DNA of 64,000 nt from Schizochytrium sp. TIO01 (taxonomy: Eukaryota; Protista; Bigyra: Labyrinthulomycetes): NCBI GenBank assembly GCA_004764695.1, contig SMSO01000037.1, positions 1,712,747 to 1,776,746 on the forward strand, written 5' to 3'. The notes under the pieces were generated by a model that was given only the letters and a program-made list of their open reading frames with translations, ran no database searches and was not told the origin of the DNA. Positions 48,180 through 60,325 of the stretch are shown piece by piece (within the stretch, counting starts at the first letter, position 1; every line of letters starts with the position of its first letter). A program made the translations under genes and the position numbers.

Positions 48180-48241
48180 CAGCCAGGTATAACACAGCCA
48201 GGTATAACACAGCCAGGTATAACACAGCCAGGTATAACACA
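48180..48241. repeat. Perfect 15-bp minisatellite (CAGCCAGGTATAACA) x4
   Basis: Four identical head-to-tail copies with no spacers. Confidence 0.98.
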
Positions 48242-51200
48242 TGTGTTTAGGGCATGTAATGCTCATCAATGCGATGGTTTTCTTAATTTCCTGCCGGCTA
48301 GAGCTATACTATGCACGCATTAGTCATTCATTTTCTGTTCTTTGATTGATTCGTTCCTTCGTTCGTTCGTTCTTTCTTCTTCCTTTGCCTTTTCCTTTTC
48401 CCTTTTCTTTGGAAAAATTCCAAGTTCTGAGGCCAGCAATTCTTCCGATTGCTGAATCACTGGTTTATGCCTACTTTTGAGTACTATATATTGTATGAAA
48501 ATATGGTTCACAGAACCATTTCGAAATTCCTTCTTCGTGAAGAGGGGATTAGAATCGCGGGTTACTTCACAAGAAGAGTTCCATACAATGTGTTCATAAG
48601 AAATGGTATGACAAGATGATTCCGAAAGAACGATTGGAGAAATGGATCGAATTAGTACCTACTACATGTCTCCACCAGGTGTGTATGATCCTTAGATTTC
48701 CTCTTTTTCCTTATAACACTTGGAAATGCTGATTAATTTGCAACAATGGGTAGTAGTAGCTTAACCTTTAACTAATAATACCTTGTGTTCTATGATACGG
48801 AAGGAGCGCTAAACTAGTCCAGATGCATTTCAAGGCCAAAACATTTCCTTCACAGCATAGCAAATCACCGCTAACGTCTGCTGATCTATACGTTTCGACA
48901 AGGAAATCTGAAGCCTCACCTTCCTCAGGACTTGAAAAACTAACGCATGCATCCCCTGATAGGTAGCAACTTATATTTTCAACAATGTTAGAAAATAGTA
49001 TCAGAAAACACACGTTTAGAAATACTATTCCTGACTAAAAGAACTCAATTAAAGAACCACAATTTCAAACAACTCATATCGTTCAATTGATTATTCCTAT
49101 ATAAAGGACGTTGAAAAAAAAGCAAAAGAAACAAAACATGATTCTAAAGTCTTCGTCAGTGTGTAACAACAGCGACTCATGCACATTACTTCACGTGTTC
49201 TTTATGCAACTCACCCATCAGAATGAAGCCTTAAACGTACGTAAACAACATTTACGATTAATTGTTGGCCTCGACTAAAGACATCAAGCGGGTGTACCTT
49301 GCAGCATCCACTCCAGATGACCAGGCGACAAGCCCGTATGATGCACGCAATTAGGGATGATTGAAGTTCCAGTTTCAAGGTCACATTACTCCAGAGCAAT
49401 ATCTCACAGTCGGCCAAATGCTCACGGTATTAATCTAATCAGTCCAACATATGTAGATTGTATATCATAGCTACATAACATCAAAACAACCACTTGCAAC
49501 AAAGTATTGTCTCCTATGTATATTCGTCTTTCGCTTTTGGTTACTTTTTTTTCTTCTTTTTTTAAAAACGCGAGCCAGCATGCTCGCCATAGAATGTTGC
49601 GCCACAATATCCGTCCTTCCCGTCCATATTCCTGACAAAGACTTTTTACGGCGCCACACTTTCAAAATGTACAAAGTATGTATGAGGGATAAATCTACTT
49701 TAGAGGAAGGAATAGTTTGGCGAAGTTCTTCAATAGTTAGTGAAGTAGCGTTCACCACATTTTGATAGCTTCAGAAACAGATGACGGCTCGCACTATACT
49801 TGGTTATTATCCACTTTTAACAGGAGCTCTCTCAAAGGTTAATTTGATTTGGTATGTGTTTTATTTTCCCTACACATTAGAAGGACCAACGTTCTTTCAT
49901 TCTTGTACTTGCTCTAGTAGGTTTTACAATCGATTTGGACTAGGCTCATACAGTGCGCACGCCCTTATAGTCTTGTTTGTGAAACGAGTCGAAGGTTCCC
50001 TCCGTAAAAACTAATGTTCATTCTTCTGTCTGACAGATAGAAATTAGTTGCTTGCTTTCTTTGGTTTTTTAAATAAATTTGAAGAATAGTTCGAGGAAAT
50101 TCTAAACAATCATGTTCAATGTTGGTACTCACTTCAATGTAGATGATTTATCTGCCAAACGTTATTTATACTGCTACATTCGAGCCGAGGTCTGCTCTCG
50201 ATTATGCAATTGATATGCTGATTTGCATGAATGGAAACTATCACTCAGCTGGAAATCCGCAAAAGTGCAATATTGCCGACACATGGCTTTCCTGCATGAT
50301 TCTGAGATGGGCCCGTACATGTCAAATTTGTAAGCCTGAGTATATTTGACTGACTTACTCACACTAGCTAGAACAATTATCTTTTTTTTTTACTTTTGTT
50401 TTCTTAGTAGTCTTCTAGCTAGTAACTTGTATCCCCGAATAGCTTACCGCTAGAACCTTATAAAGGTCATCCCTTGTGCATCAGCTGTAGAGTTTCAAGA
50501 AGAAGCTCAAATAAAGCCTGTCGACGGTGATGCAGAGACTCCCCCAATATATATCAAACTAGAGTCGTTTCCGCGTTCTAATTGTTGCCATCAAAATCTC
50601 CCCGTTATAAGTTCTGCGCAGTTCAGCAATGTTTACTTCTATATGCAGTTCGACTATGTTTCTTGCACACGTGTGCTGGGTTGGTGAGTTATATGTCAAA
50701 CAGTTTAATTAATATGACGGAGTTCTCAGTTCTTGCAATGAGTTAAGAGGGTGATTTCTGAAATTTTCAGATCAAATTACCACGGAAGCTGAAGGTACTA
50801 GCATTTTGAGCGCTCTTTTGCTCAAAGAATTTCTTGCCATGGGACAAAGTCCTCAGGTGCTACGTAGCACATAGAATTAAGAATAGCCCTAGCAGCGTTC
50901 TAGTTTTCTTTAATAGCGGAGAGAAAGGTGCTACTATCCAATGATTTCAATTTGTGCTACTCAATATTCTATGCTACTTCTAATTGAGATGCTACCACCA
51001 CCTCAATCCACAAACAAGAATAAAAGACTTCTTTTCTGCAAAAGTTTTTATTTATCATAAGCATTTAAAACAGTTAAGCTCAAAGGAACAATTTTTCGAA
51101 TTGAAAAAAAAATATAAAATGTGCTGGCCCGTTGCTTCTCACATGTCTCCCTCTTGAAAGTTTTATTTTCTTAGATTCCGTCAAAGTTTAATAAAAGAAT

Positions 51201-52540
51201 GCTTTTAAAATATACATGTAAGTTTCCCTAGCATCAGGAACAGTATGTACAGATGATAACATTATCATAGCATTCCAATTTAATTATTTTAATTTCCATT
51301 GTTACATATCAAACATAAAATTAATAGTCAATTAATTTTTTATTTATTTATTTAAGTTTAATTTAATCAAAATAAACACCTATATAACTAAAGAGGTAAC
51401 AGGAGGGCCAGCTAGGTAGCCACTACCTGGTTACTAGGATCTTGGCCAGGGCGATAAAAAGAAATCAGCGCAGACAATTAAATTGAATTGCGTGGTCTTG
51501 GTCTCGCTTCTGCGGGATAGTCGCCATGGGCCCGTTTGCAGACCATTTCGAACATGAGAGTGGCTAACTTAGAAAGCCACGCTTGGCCAGATATGAGCTG
51601 CTCATGGACTCATTCATGCTGCTGACGCCTCTGCTGCTGATGCCTCTTCTGCTGCTTCTGCTTCTGCTGATGCTGATGCTGCTGCTGCTGATGCTGATGC
51701 TTAAGGGGATCCTGAGAAGACTGTTTGTTCCGCAGAATGGCGTCTGGAGAAGTGTTTGAGAATCACAGCATCGCATGAGCGAGCAAAGCAAGCAAGCAAG
51801 CAAGCATTAGAAGCAAGAGGAAGTCTGTCTGCATCAAGGAGGGAATTGAACACTACGGGTGTTGGCAATTTGTTTGTTGTGCGTGCAGATCGATCGTAAA
51901 GCGAGAGATCACGAAGGCAAGAAAGCGGAGCCGCGGACGAGACTAGGCGTCGGTTTGGAATTCGCGCACACCTGTGGATCGCTAGCTGGCGGTCCTCTGA
52001 GGAGGGTGAAGGAGGCGGCGCCTACGCACGCAAGCACGAGCGTGGCTCCCGAAGGAGAAGAATATTGCAATTAATGAAGACTCGCATCCGGAACGCGCAT
52101 GTTTCACCCACAGAACAGAACAAGATCAACCCAACAGAAGTGCTCAGTCAGGCTCGTCCACCCCTTTTATTACGCAGACGGAGGGCGAGCGATGGAGGTA
52201 TTGCCAGTTATTGTTGCTGCACGAGGAAGCAGAAGCAAGAAAGCTGCGCTAGAAAGTGTTTTGCTTGCTTGTTCGCCTCTCGAGTTAATTGGTTGCCTGC
52301 TTAGATCTTACGAAAGGAGCCCAAGAAAGTCTACCTAGGTCCTTGCTTGCTGCTTGCTTGTTTGCTTGCTTGCTTGCAGTGCTTGCAGTGCTTGCTCAGG
52401 AAGTGCCTTGCCTCGGCCGGACGCTGCGGATTGTTGGTGCCATCCCGTGCACTTGTGCACAAGCGAGCAGGAAGCAGGATGTGATTTTGATTGATGGGTT
52501 GATGGATTGCTTCGTCATAAGGGAAACTGCACGTGGCTAG

Positions 52541-52591
52541 AATCTCAATCTCAATCTCAATCTCAATCTCAATCTCAATCTCAATCTCAAT
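52541..52591. repeat. (AATCTC) x8 hexamer repeat
   Basis: Direct reading. Confidence 0.97.
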
Positions 52592-53061
52592 TCAACTAGA
52601 CTTGGCTGGCTGGCTGGCTGGTTGGCTTATTTATATACACGCATGTTTACGTGCCGGCAAGCTCACATGCATGTTTACATGTTTGCGTGGTTACAGGTTC
52701 ACTTGGATTTTACGACAGCCATGAACGAAGTTTATTCGTGCTAATTGATGTCCGAAGGCAGACATGCGTGGGAGCGATGGAGCGAGCGAGTGAGTGAGTG
52801 AGTGAGTGAGGGAGCGAGCGCGAGGATACACAAAGCTTTCGCTCATTCGCATCGGCCTTGGATGGAACTAAGTGCTTGAGCCAGAAGATCGAGAGATGAT
52901 CACTATCGATTGGAAGAGCCGATAAATGGATGCGAGGGAGGCAGGTTCTGCACGCAGGAAGTTGTAAAACCAGAGGAGATCTGACCTCGAGTGACTGTGA
53001 AGAAAGATTGGCTCCTTCAATCTAGATCTCTCGCATTTCTTATTTCTTGTTCTGCATCTCT

Positions 53062-53092
53062 GGGTTGGGAGGGAGGGAGGGAGGGAGGGAGG
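53062..53092 (+). other. (GGGA)n tract, canonical G-quadruplex-forming motif
   Basis: GGGTTGGGAGGGAGGGAGGGAGGGAGGG: seven G3 runs with 1-2 nt loops. Confidence 0.7.
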
Positions 53093-56000
53093 AGGTGTTT
53101 TTGTTGTGCATGGTCGGGTTTTGAGGACTTTACATTTTGGAATGAAGCCAGGCCACCCAGAAACTAAGCGTGAAAGGGGGCATACACTAGGATAACTAAC
53201 TGCGCTCGCTACTCAGTTGCAAAGGCGTCGAGCCTTTTCGGCGGCGGCCTCAGTGCTCTTGGCAGCCTTAAGCTGTGCAGGGGTTTCGATTTGGCAGAGG
53301 TGCTGAAAGCCCAACGATCAAAGCTGATGGAAAGGATAAAAAGCTGTGAAATAAACCAAAAAATGAATAGTCTGAGTAGTTTTTAGTTACCTATCACACC
53401 TTTTTTCTCTTTTATAGTTTGTTGACATGTTTGATTGTAACTTCTTCCTTGTAAGCGTATTCCAACTTTCATCAACACATTTAAAACTTTAAAACAATTA
53501 AAAATAAAAACGTTTTAAACTGTAGCTATACTATACATATTATATTCTTCTTTATGATTGTAAAAACATTCTTAAAATTACTTTTTCGATTTGAAAGTAT
53601 GAAGCGACTCTTTAAATGAAGGGAAATAAGATCGTTTCGCTTCCGTTTAAAAACACAGTCTTCTCCTACAACTTTGTCGAAGGTGAAAGTAAAGGTAGGT
53701 TTCTGCATCAGCCTATCTTTAAAGATAAGTTTTTTTCTTGTTATTGTTGTTGTTGTTGTTGTTTAATCGCATTTGAAAAATGGACCCAAAAGCCAAAGAA
53801 GAAATGCCGCGAATCAAAACTCGTTCGTCTAAAACATTTTCAAGAATGCCATTGCAATTAAGACTTTCCAGAAACAAACCTTGAGGGATGAGCCAGGAAG
53901 CTTGCCAATCCTGAATTTGATTTTACGATGCAAACAACAGAAATGCTCCATATATAATAAAACATCCTTTTTAGACATTGAGCTGCACCCCTTTGGTAAA
54001 TTATATGCATCACGAACGCATGTTTCCTTCTTTACAAAGAAATTCAATTTTAATTATGCCCCCTTCTTCTTTGTAAACTCTCAGATATTGCTTCGTTTGT
54101 AAAAGTCTGCTCTCTCAGACTAACTTCCGATTCTGCCCCTATTCATTCACGTACAATCAATTTCTGGAGCAGCAAAAGGTACATTATTACTAACGCTGTT
54201 AGGAGCTTTTTTCCATTAAAAAAACGAAATTTGGTTACTTACTAGAGCATTCCTTTTTTGAAAAAAGAGCGCCCCCAATAGAAGAAGAAGAACCAGTCTT
54301 CACCAAAAATAAATGAGTTCAATGGCCGCACGCGAAAAATAGGCCCAGAGACTCTTGAGTAACAAAACATATAGACTATATTAAAAATAGTACTCTAAGT
54401 ACGTAGGAGGTTTGGACATCAACTCAGTCTACTTCCTGTTGAACTTGCACATTTCGCTACTTTGTTTCAACGTGGGTGCAACAACTTGGAATTCCGTTCA
54501 ACTTTTCCTTCAGGCTCTAAATTTCTTCTTTTCTCTGAATATAGAGTATTCGTATGGTATACGTAACACGAAAATAAATATATTGTCCACTTTGAAAGAA
54601 GAACCAACGTATCAGTGCTGATGTGTACCTGGCATATGTAGGATAGGAAAGTTGGGAGGTATGTATGTAGCGACAGGCATATGTTGAGCATGGCGACAGG
54701 TGTTCGGACGATACCACTCCTGCAGAATGAATACACGTAACTTTAAGAACAAAAATTGAACATAAATATAAATATTTTTGGGAATCATGTCATTATTCTT
54801 TTATTGCAAACGTAATAAAACTTTTTTATTTATTATATTTGGCCCTGTTGAATCTATGTGCTCGGTCCCCTCTAACCAAACCTTGCAGAGAAATCTTTAT
54901 AAGATGAAATGGTTTTTGTTCGTGAACTGGTGCTCTCGTAAGGTACAAATCAGCGCACTGTCCCTCCATTCAGACTGGTGCTTTTAGCTGCACACGCGAA
55001 CACTCGCATTTCTAATTTTATGATTTTATTTTTCTCCTAGAATCTGTATTCTTAATTAGTCTAGAAATATCATTTTCTTTTTCTTTTTATTCCTTGAACA
55101 ATAAAAAAGTGAGCAATCAACTCTAAAAGAGATAATCAAATGAATGAATTCTCCATATGGTAGCAAACCCCAGTGACCATACACGCTACAGTATCCTATA
55201 GGCATCCTCTACCATACATCTAATCGAGAACCATTTAAAAGAAATACGTAAACTTTTGTGAGGAATTGCACTGGGCCTATGTGAGACAGTGGAGAGTAAA
55301 CCTATAGTGGGCCATGACTGAGCAGATTAGTCAAAACGTGTGTCGGTCAGTCGTTCCTGCGGAAAGGAAGGCGGGGTGCCAATATTTAAGACGCGTGTAT
55401 GTGTGCGTTGATGAGCGCAAATGAGATATATTTAAAGATAAACTACAAATAAACAGACAAATATGTAAACAAACACACAGTCAATCAATCATCCAATGAA
55501 AAACAATCAACAATCAAATAAACAGATAAACAGATAAACATTCAAACTGACATGCAAACAAAAAAGGAAGCTGAATAAAGTAAAGCGCCGAGTAGGTTTA
55601 TTGAATGGTATATGCGATCTTACCTATTCGAAGCATAGAGCATGCGTAGGTGGGCATATAATTATTTAAGTTTGCTGCTCCGTTGATCTGGGGTGTGTTT
55701 AATGTTTGAAGTAAAAATGTTTTGTGCGATTGAAGAAGCAACGCTGCTACTCTCTTAGTAATGTGTCTGTTGTTTGTACGAAGGAATGAAGACTGGATGA
55801 GTACTTTTCGGATAATGATTCGGGCACTAAAAATAATAGTGAATTCCACGCCACCATCAGTGAACCTAAGACGCCTTCGTTGTTGGTCTTCCCGCACGTT
55901 GTCCAATCAGTCTAATTCTCGTCTTCGCATGAACACCGTGTTTTACTTTACGCTTTTACTCAACGAACGCGAAGATGAGACCTGTCTCCTCAATAAATTG

Positions 56001-59000
56001 TACCTACACGTGAATGAATGAATGAATATGATTTATCGAATGAAAGAATGAAAGAATGAATAGACTATTTACTCCCATGAAACAATTCAACTGAAAGACA
56101 AATAATAGTTTTTCATTTTCGTCCTGCACATGACCAAGTACTCTTTCGCTGCCTTTTTTTTAAATAAAGAAATTAATAATAAATACAATAAATAGCCCAT
56201 ATAGTAATAGTAGTAATAATAGAATTTGTGCTATAGTATCCAAAAATAATATTTCTTAATTATCTTGTGAAAAGAAAAGATTGAATGACACATGAAAATA
56301 TGAAATCCGATTGACTGCGATTGCGGTCTCTCAGCAAAAGCGAAATCAGAGCAAACTTCTACAGTGAAATGCACTGCCGGTTCCGAAGCACGCACCCAGC
56401 GCGATAAAAGATATCATCCATGGATTCGCACATGGGTTTATTACTATTACTATTACATCTGCATGAATGCAGGTCTGATTGAAGACGAAGAGGCAGCTTT
56501 CGCACAAGCTTGAGAGTCAGAAGACCTAAAATAGATTATTGAGAAAGTATATATGATGGGAAAATGGGCAAGCTTCTGCTGGGCTTCATCCTTTTTCATT
56601 ACTTGCCTCTATCGTATAGCCTTTATTCAAAGAATCAACTTTCGTTTATTTAAATAAATGATTTCCTTGTTTTGCTTTATTTTTGGTGGTTGTTGTTGTT
56701 GTTGTTTTATTCTAACTTTCCTCTGGGTGAGCAGTTTTTTTAATACTTCCAACAGTGCACTTCCGAGTGTGAACTACTAATTTGTTAGCGCGTTGATAAG
56801 GAATGAGAAAGAGGAAACCGAGTAAACTTCGGATTCCAAATCCAATGTCAAGATTTCTTACTTTTTGATTTGTTACTTTATGAGGAGTGTACTATACCTC
56901 CTAACGGTGCGTACGTTTTGCAAATGTTATTCTGGGAGTTATTTTTTGCACTATTTTTTAAGAAATAATTTTTTATAATTTCTAAACAAACTACTTTTAT
57001 ACTATAAATAAGAGTCTCCGAAATAAAAGGGAGGAAAAAAGCGCAGAGAGAGCAACAAACAGACGCCGCTTACAGCCAGACAGACAGAGAGCGTTTGAGT
57101 CGATTCTTAATCGGAGGCGCTTCGTCGTTCTTCTCACTCATCGTCTTTGTGAAAAAAAGAAACGAAACCTTTTTGCTTGCAGATGTCTCCTCCTCTGCCC
57201 TAAACTCTGAGCTCATCATAATTCTCAACCAAGTTCTGTTGTGGACCTTCATTCGCTCACTGCGGCCTTTAAAGCAGCAAGCTGGTACCATCAACTACTG
57301 AAGCATAGTATACTTTTTTCCACAAAGTTGAAGTTTCAATGAATGTACTCACAAAAGAAATGCTTTTGCACAGCATCCATCCTGAACCTCCGACCAAATT
57401 ATGTTATATATATACGCGCGCGCTTCTCATTCTCCACGTCCTTCCCATTTTTAGCCTTGAGCCATGGAAAGGTGTTAATAATAAGCCAATGAATTCAACA
57501 TTAATCCCACTAATGCTAACAAAACAGAAACAAAACAAACGATACGATAGCTCTCTCTACTATTATGCCTACCACTACTGCCGCCATTTCTGCTTCTAAT
57601 TTGCCCTCTCGCCGCCAAAATCACTCACTCGCTCCGCAGAACGAATGCCTTTGAGTCTTCTGATCGACTGGCTAATAAGCCACCCATTCGCAATTTGCAA
57701 TTTGCAATTCGTGATGATTCGCTCGCTTAATCGACCAATCGTTCCCGCATTCGCTTGCTCGCTTGCTTGCCTGCAGAAAGAGGCGCTCCGATGGTCGTTC
57801 TTGGCAACTAAAAATTGCCTTCAAACCCGGAATCGCCCATCTCGCGGCCCCGAAACAGCCGCTCCAGCGCAGCCAAGGGAACGGCAAAGGGCCGAAAGAG
57901 GAACGGGGAAATCGATGATGATGATGATGATGATGGTGCTGGAATATTCGCCTCGAGGCATCGCGACGAGGCAACTAACTGCAAATGCAGGAGGCCAGCA
58001 ATATTGCCCTCCTTTGGGTGATCGCTAGAACATGGCCTTTCGCTGGATTTGATTAACTAGTTCTGATTGGCGCATTTGCGCAGAATGTGATCGACTTCGG
58101 CCTTGGTCGTTTTATTTATTTATGTATTGTATATATCTCATTTTTCATAGCATCATCACCTGAGGAGAAGACTGCTTTGTTTTGTGGGTTGCTGGAAAGG
58201 GGAGCGAGAGAATCAATGAATAAAGAAAAACAAAAGAAAAAAGAGGCATCCAACAGCAAGAAGTCGACAGCGATGGGCCCAAAGCTGTGGTTGCCATCTC
58301 ATTTCCTTCTTCACTGGGATCTTTCGATTCTCTAGCGCACGCACGGAGACTGCGCTGGGTCAGAGGGCTTTGGGACTGGGCGGAGTTGGCTTTTGAAAAC
58401 AAGCGAACGCAGGAAGGAATGGATGCATGAATGAATGAATGAATGAATTACTGCTAATGGGCGATGCAAAATACACACTCGGACACAAAAGGTCTTTTGG
58501 CCTTCTTTTTTACAAACCTACTTATTTTAAAATCTGTATTGAGATGCTTATGGTTAACTGTACCAGTGCTGGTCACTTTTAGCTGATCGTTATGAATATT
58601 TGAGAATTGACAGATACCATTTTGGAACTTTTCGGAATTGCGTGCAATAAAAAATATGAACGCAGGACTTTCTTCTATGTTTTGCTTTTTAAGTATGTTT
58701 TCAGACAGACTCCTTTTTAAAGATTTAAAATAAGATTTCATAAGTATTAAAAAAATAGAGATTACATAAGAGAGCAAGAAAGTGCAAAACACTTTCCGCA
58801 TGGCTGAAAAATAAGAAGAAACGAAAGCGTTTTTTAGGTCCTCCTGGCCAGTTAAACGGGATATTTTTCTTCGTGCCCCAACAGTGTTCGCAACAGTTCG
58901 TGTTTTTCGCACTGCAAATGTACGAAAAATCACCTTTGAGAGAGGGTTTATATTCGAATTGACAAACCTTTCTATGGTTCTAGCGCCTCCCTTTAATTTA

Positions 59001-59729
59001 TTTCATCGTTTCCTATCATATTCTAACAACGATACAACATTCATATTTTGTCGTAAGTGTATGTTATATTTTTTTGTTCGAGAGCACCAAAGTATAATTC
59101 TGTATCGCTGTCAATTTTGAGCTTTTTTTTAATATACTTAATTTTTTTTAATTTTAAAAAAAAAATTGGAAGCAGTAATATGTGAACTTTTCTCTTTCTT
59201 TTCTCTTTTTCATTTAAACAAAGAAATGTTTGTTACTTTTAACGTAAATTATACTTTTGCCTTTTAATTTTAATAAATTGACTTTTTATAGTTGTAGAAT
59301 GTTTTGCTTTCCTTTTTTCCTCCAAGAAAAGCGGATATTCTTTTTTAAGTACATGGGTACTTTAAACCGTGAATAAAAGAAAAACAGAGATCAAGAACGA
59401 ACTTGATTTAATTCGGGCTCTAGTCGCAGGAAGGTAAGCTCAAAAAACTATTGAAGGACCATTGTCCCTCGATTGCTCAGATAAATTGATTGATTGTTTA
59501 GATTTTAAAACATTATTTATTTAATTATTTTAATTTTTCATTCAATCGCTCGGAAGGGCCCGGCGGAGACTGCTTGGAGACAGATTCGAAACGCATCAAA
59601 GAGAAAACAAAGAAAGAGCTGCGCCCGGGAACTTTCAATGCCTTTATAGACTTCGTGTGGAGAAGGTTTTGATCGATTCATGTATATAGATCCGCATGAG
59701 AAACATTGGAAACATTGGTCCACTCCCTA

Positions 59730-60325
59730 GTCTTTCTCTCTCTCTCTCTCTCTCTCTCCCTCTCTCTCTTTTTTAACGTTTTAGAAAGTTAAAAACAAAA
59801 ATTTTAAGCAATGAATGAGCCATACTCCTTTCTCCTTCTTTTTTCTTTCCTTCTCAGCTTCTTCTCCCTCTCTCTCCCTTTCTCTCCGTCCCTCTCTCTC
59901 ACTCTATCATGTTTCCTTCCCCCTTCTTTCTCCTTCTGTGCGCTCCTTCGCATTCTTCTCTCCTCTTTGTTGTTGTTTTGTTGTTTTCGTTGTTTGTTGT
60001 TGTTGCATTTAATTTTGTTTGCTTTTTGTTTGTTTTTTCCCTGCTATTGTTTCTTTCTTCTGAGGCGATTGTCTCTCAATTTTTAAACAAAGCGGAAACG
60101 GCGGGCACAGACAAACCTGATATACCTGCGCGAGCGAGGAGGAGAAGGCGGATCAGCCGGAGCTCGAGATTGGCGAGCAGCAGAGACCTAACAGCTAGCT
60201 CGTGCCACCCAGGCGAACAGGACCGCAAGCTGGCGTTCGTCTCGCGACAAGGCTTCACCCGACAGCACTCGCGCTCCCGGCAGCACTCGCGCACTCGTTG
60301 ACCTGCGCACTTCATTCACTCATTG
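59730..60325 (+). promoter_or_regulatory. Putative promoter of the AP2 gene: (CT)n/pyrimidine tract, GC-rich island, Inr-like TTCATTCACTCATT at 60311-60324
   Basis: Composition switches at the point where plus-strand ATG depletion begins, and tandem YCAYT initiator-like motifs are present. Inference only. Confidence 0.45.

Noticed and set aside
48180-48241. CRISPR-like direct repeats
   Set aside because: No spacers, a 15-bp unit, no cas genes and a eukaryotic context.
33500-51300. SSR-poor blocks as possible transposon or viral insertions
   Set aside because: I found no terminal repeats, target-site duplications, or RT, integrase, transposase or capsid motifs. Old decayed elements cannot be excluded without a search.
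26450-52470. Scattered TGCATGCA and GTGCAC words (known ApiAP2 sites) as an autoregulatory signal
   Set aside because: Too few and too dispersed to exceed chance by eye, and the specificity of this AP2 domain is unknown.
15000-60100. The many 60-180 aa ORFs in the desert (e.g. 19785-20096, 24558-25052, 38574-39110, 41222-41704, 58454-58933)
   Set aside because: Mostly non-ATG starts, translated microsatellites or AT-rich low-complexity peptides with no recognisable domain.
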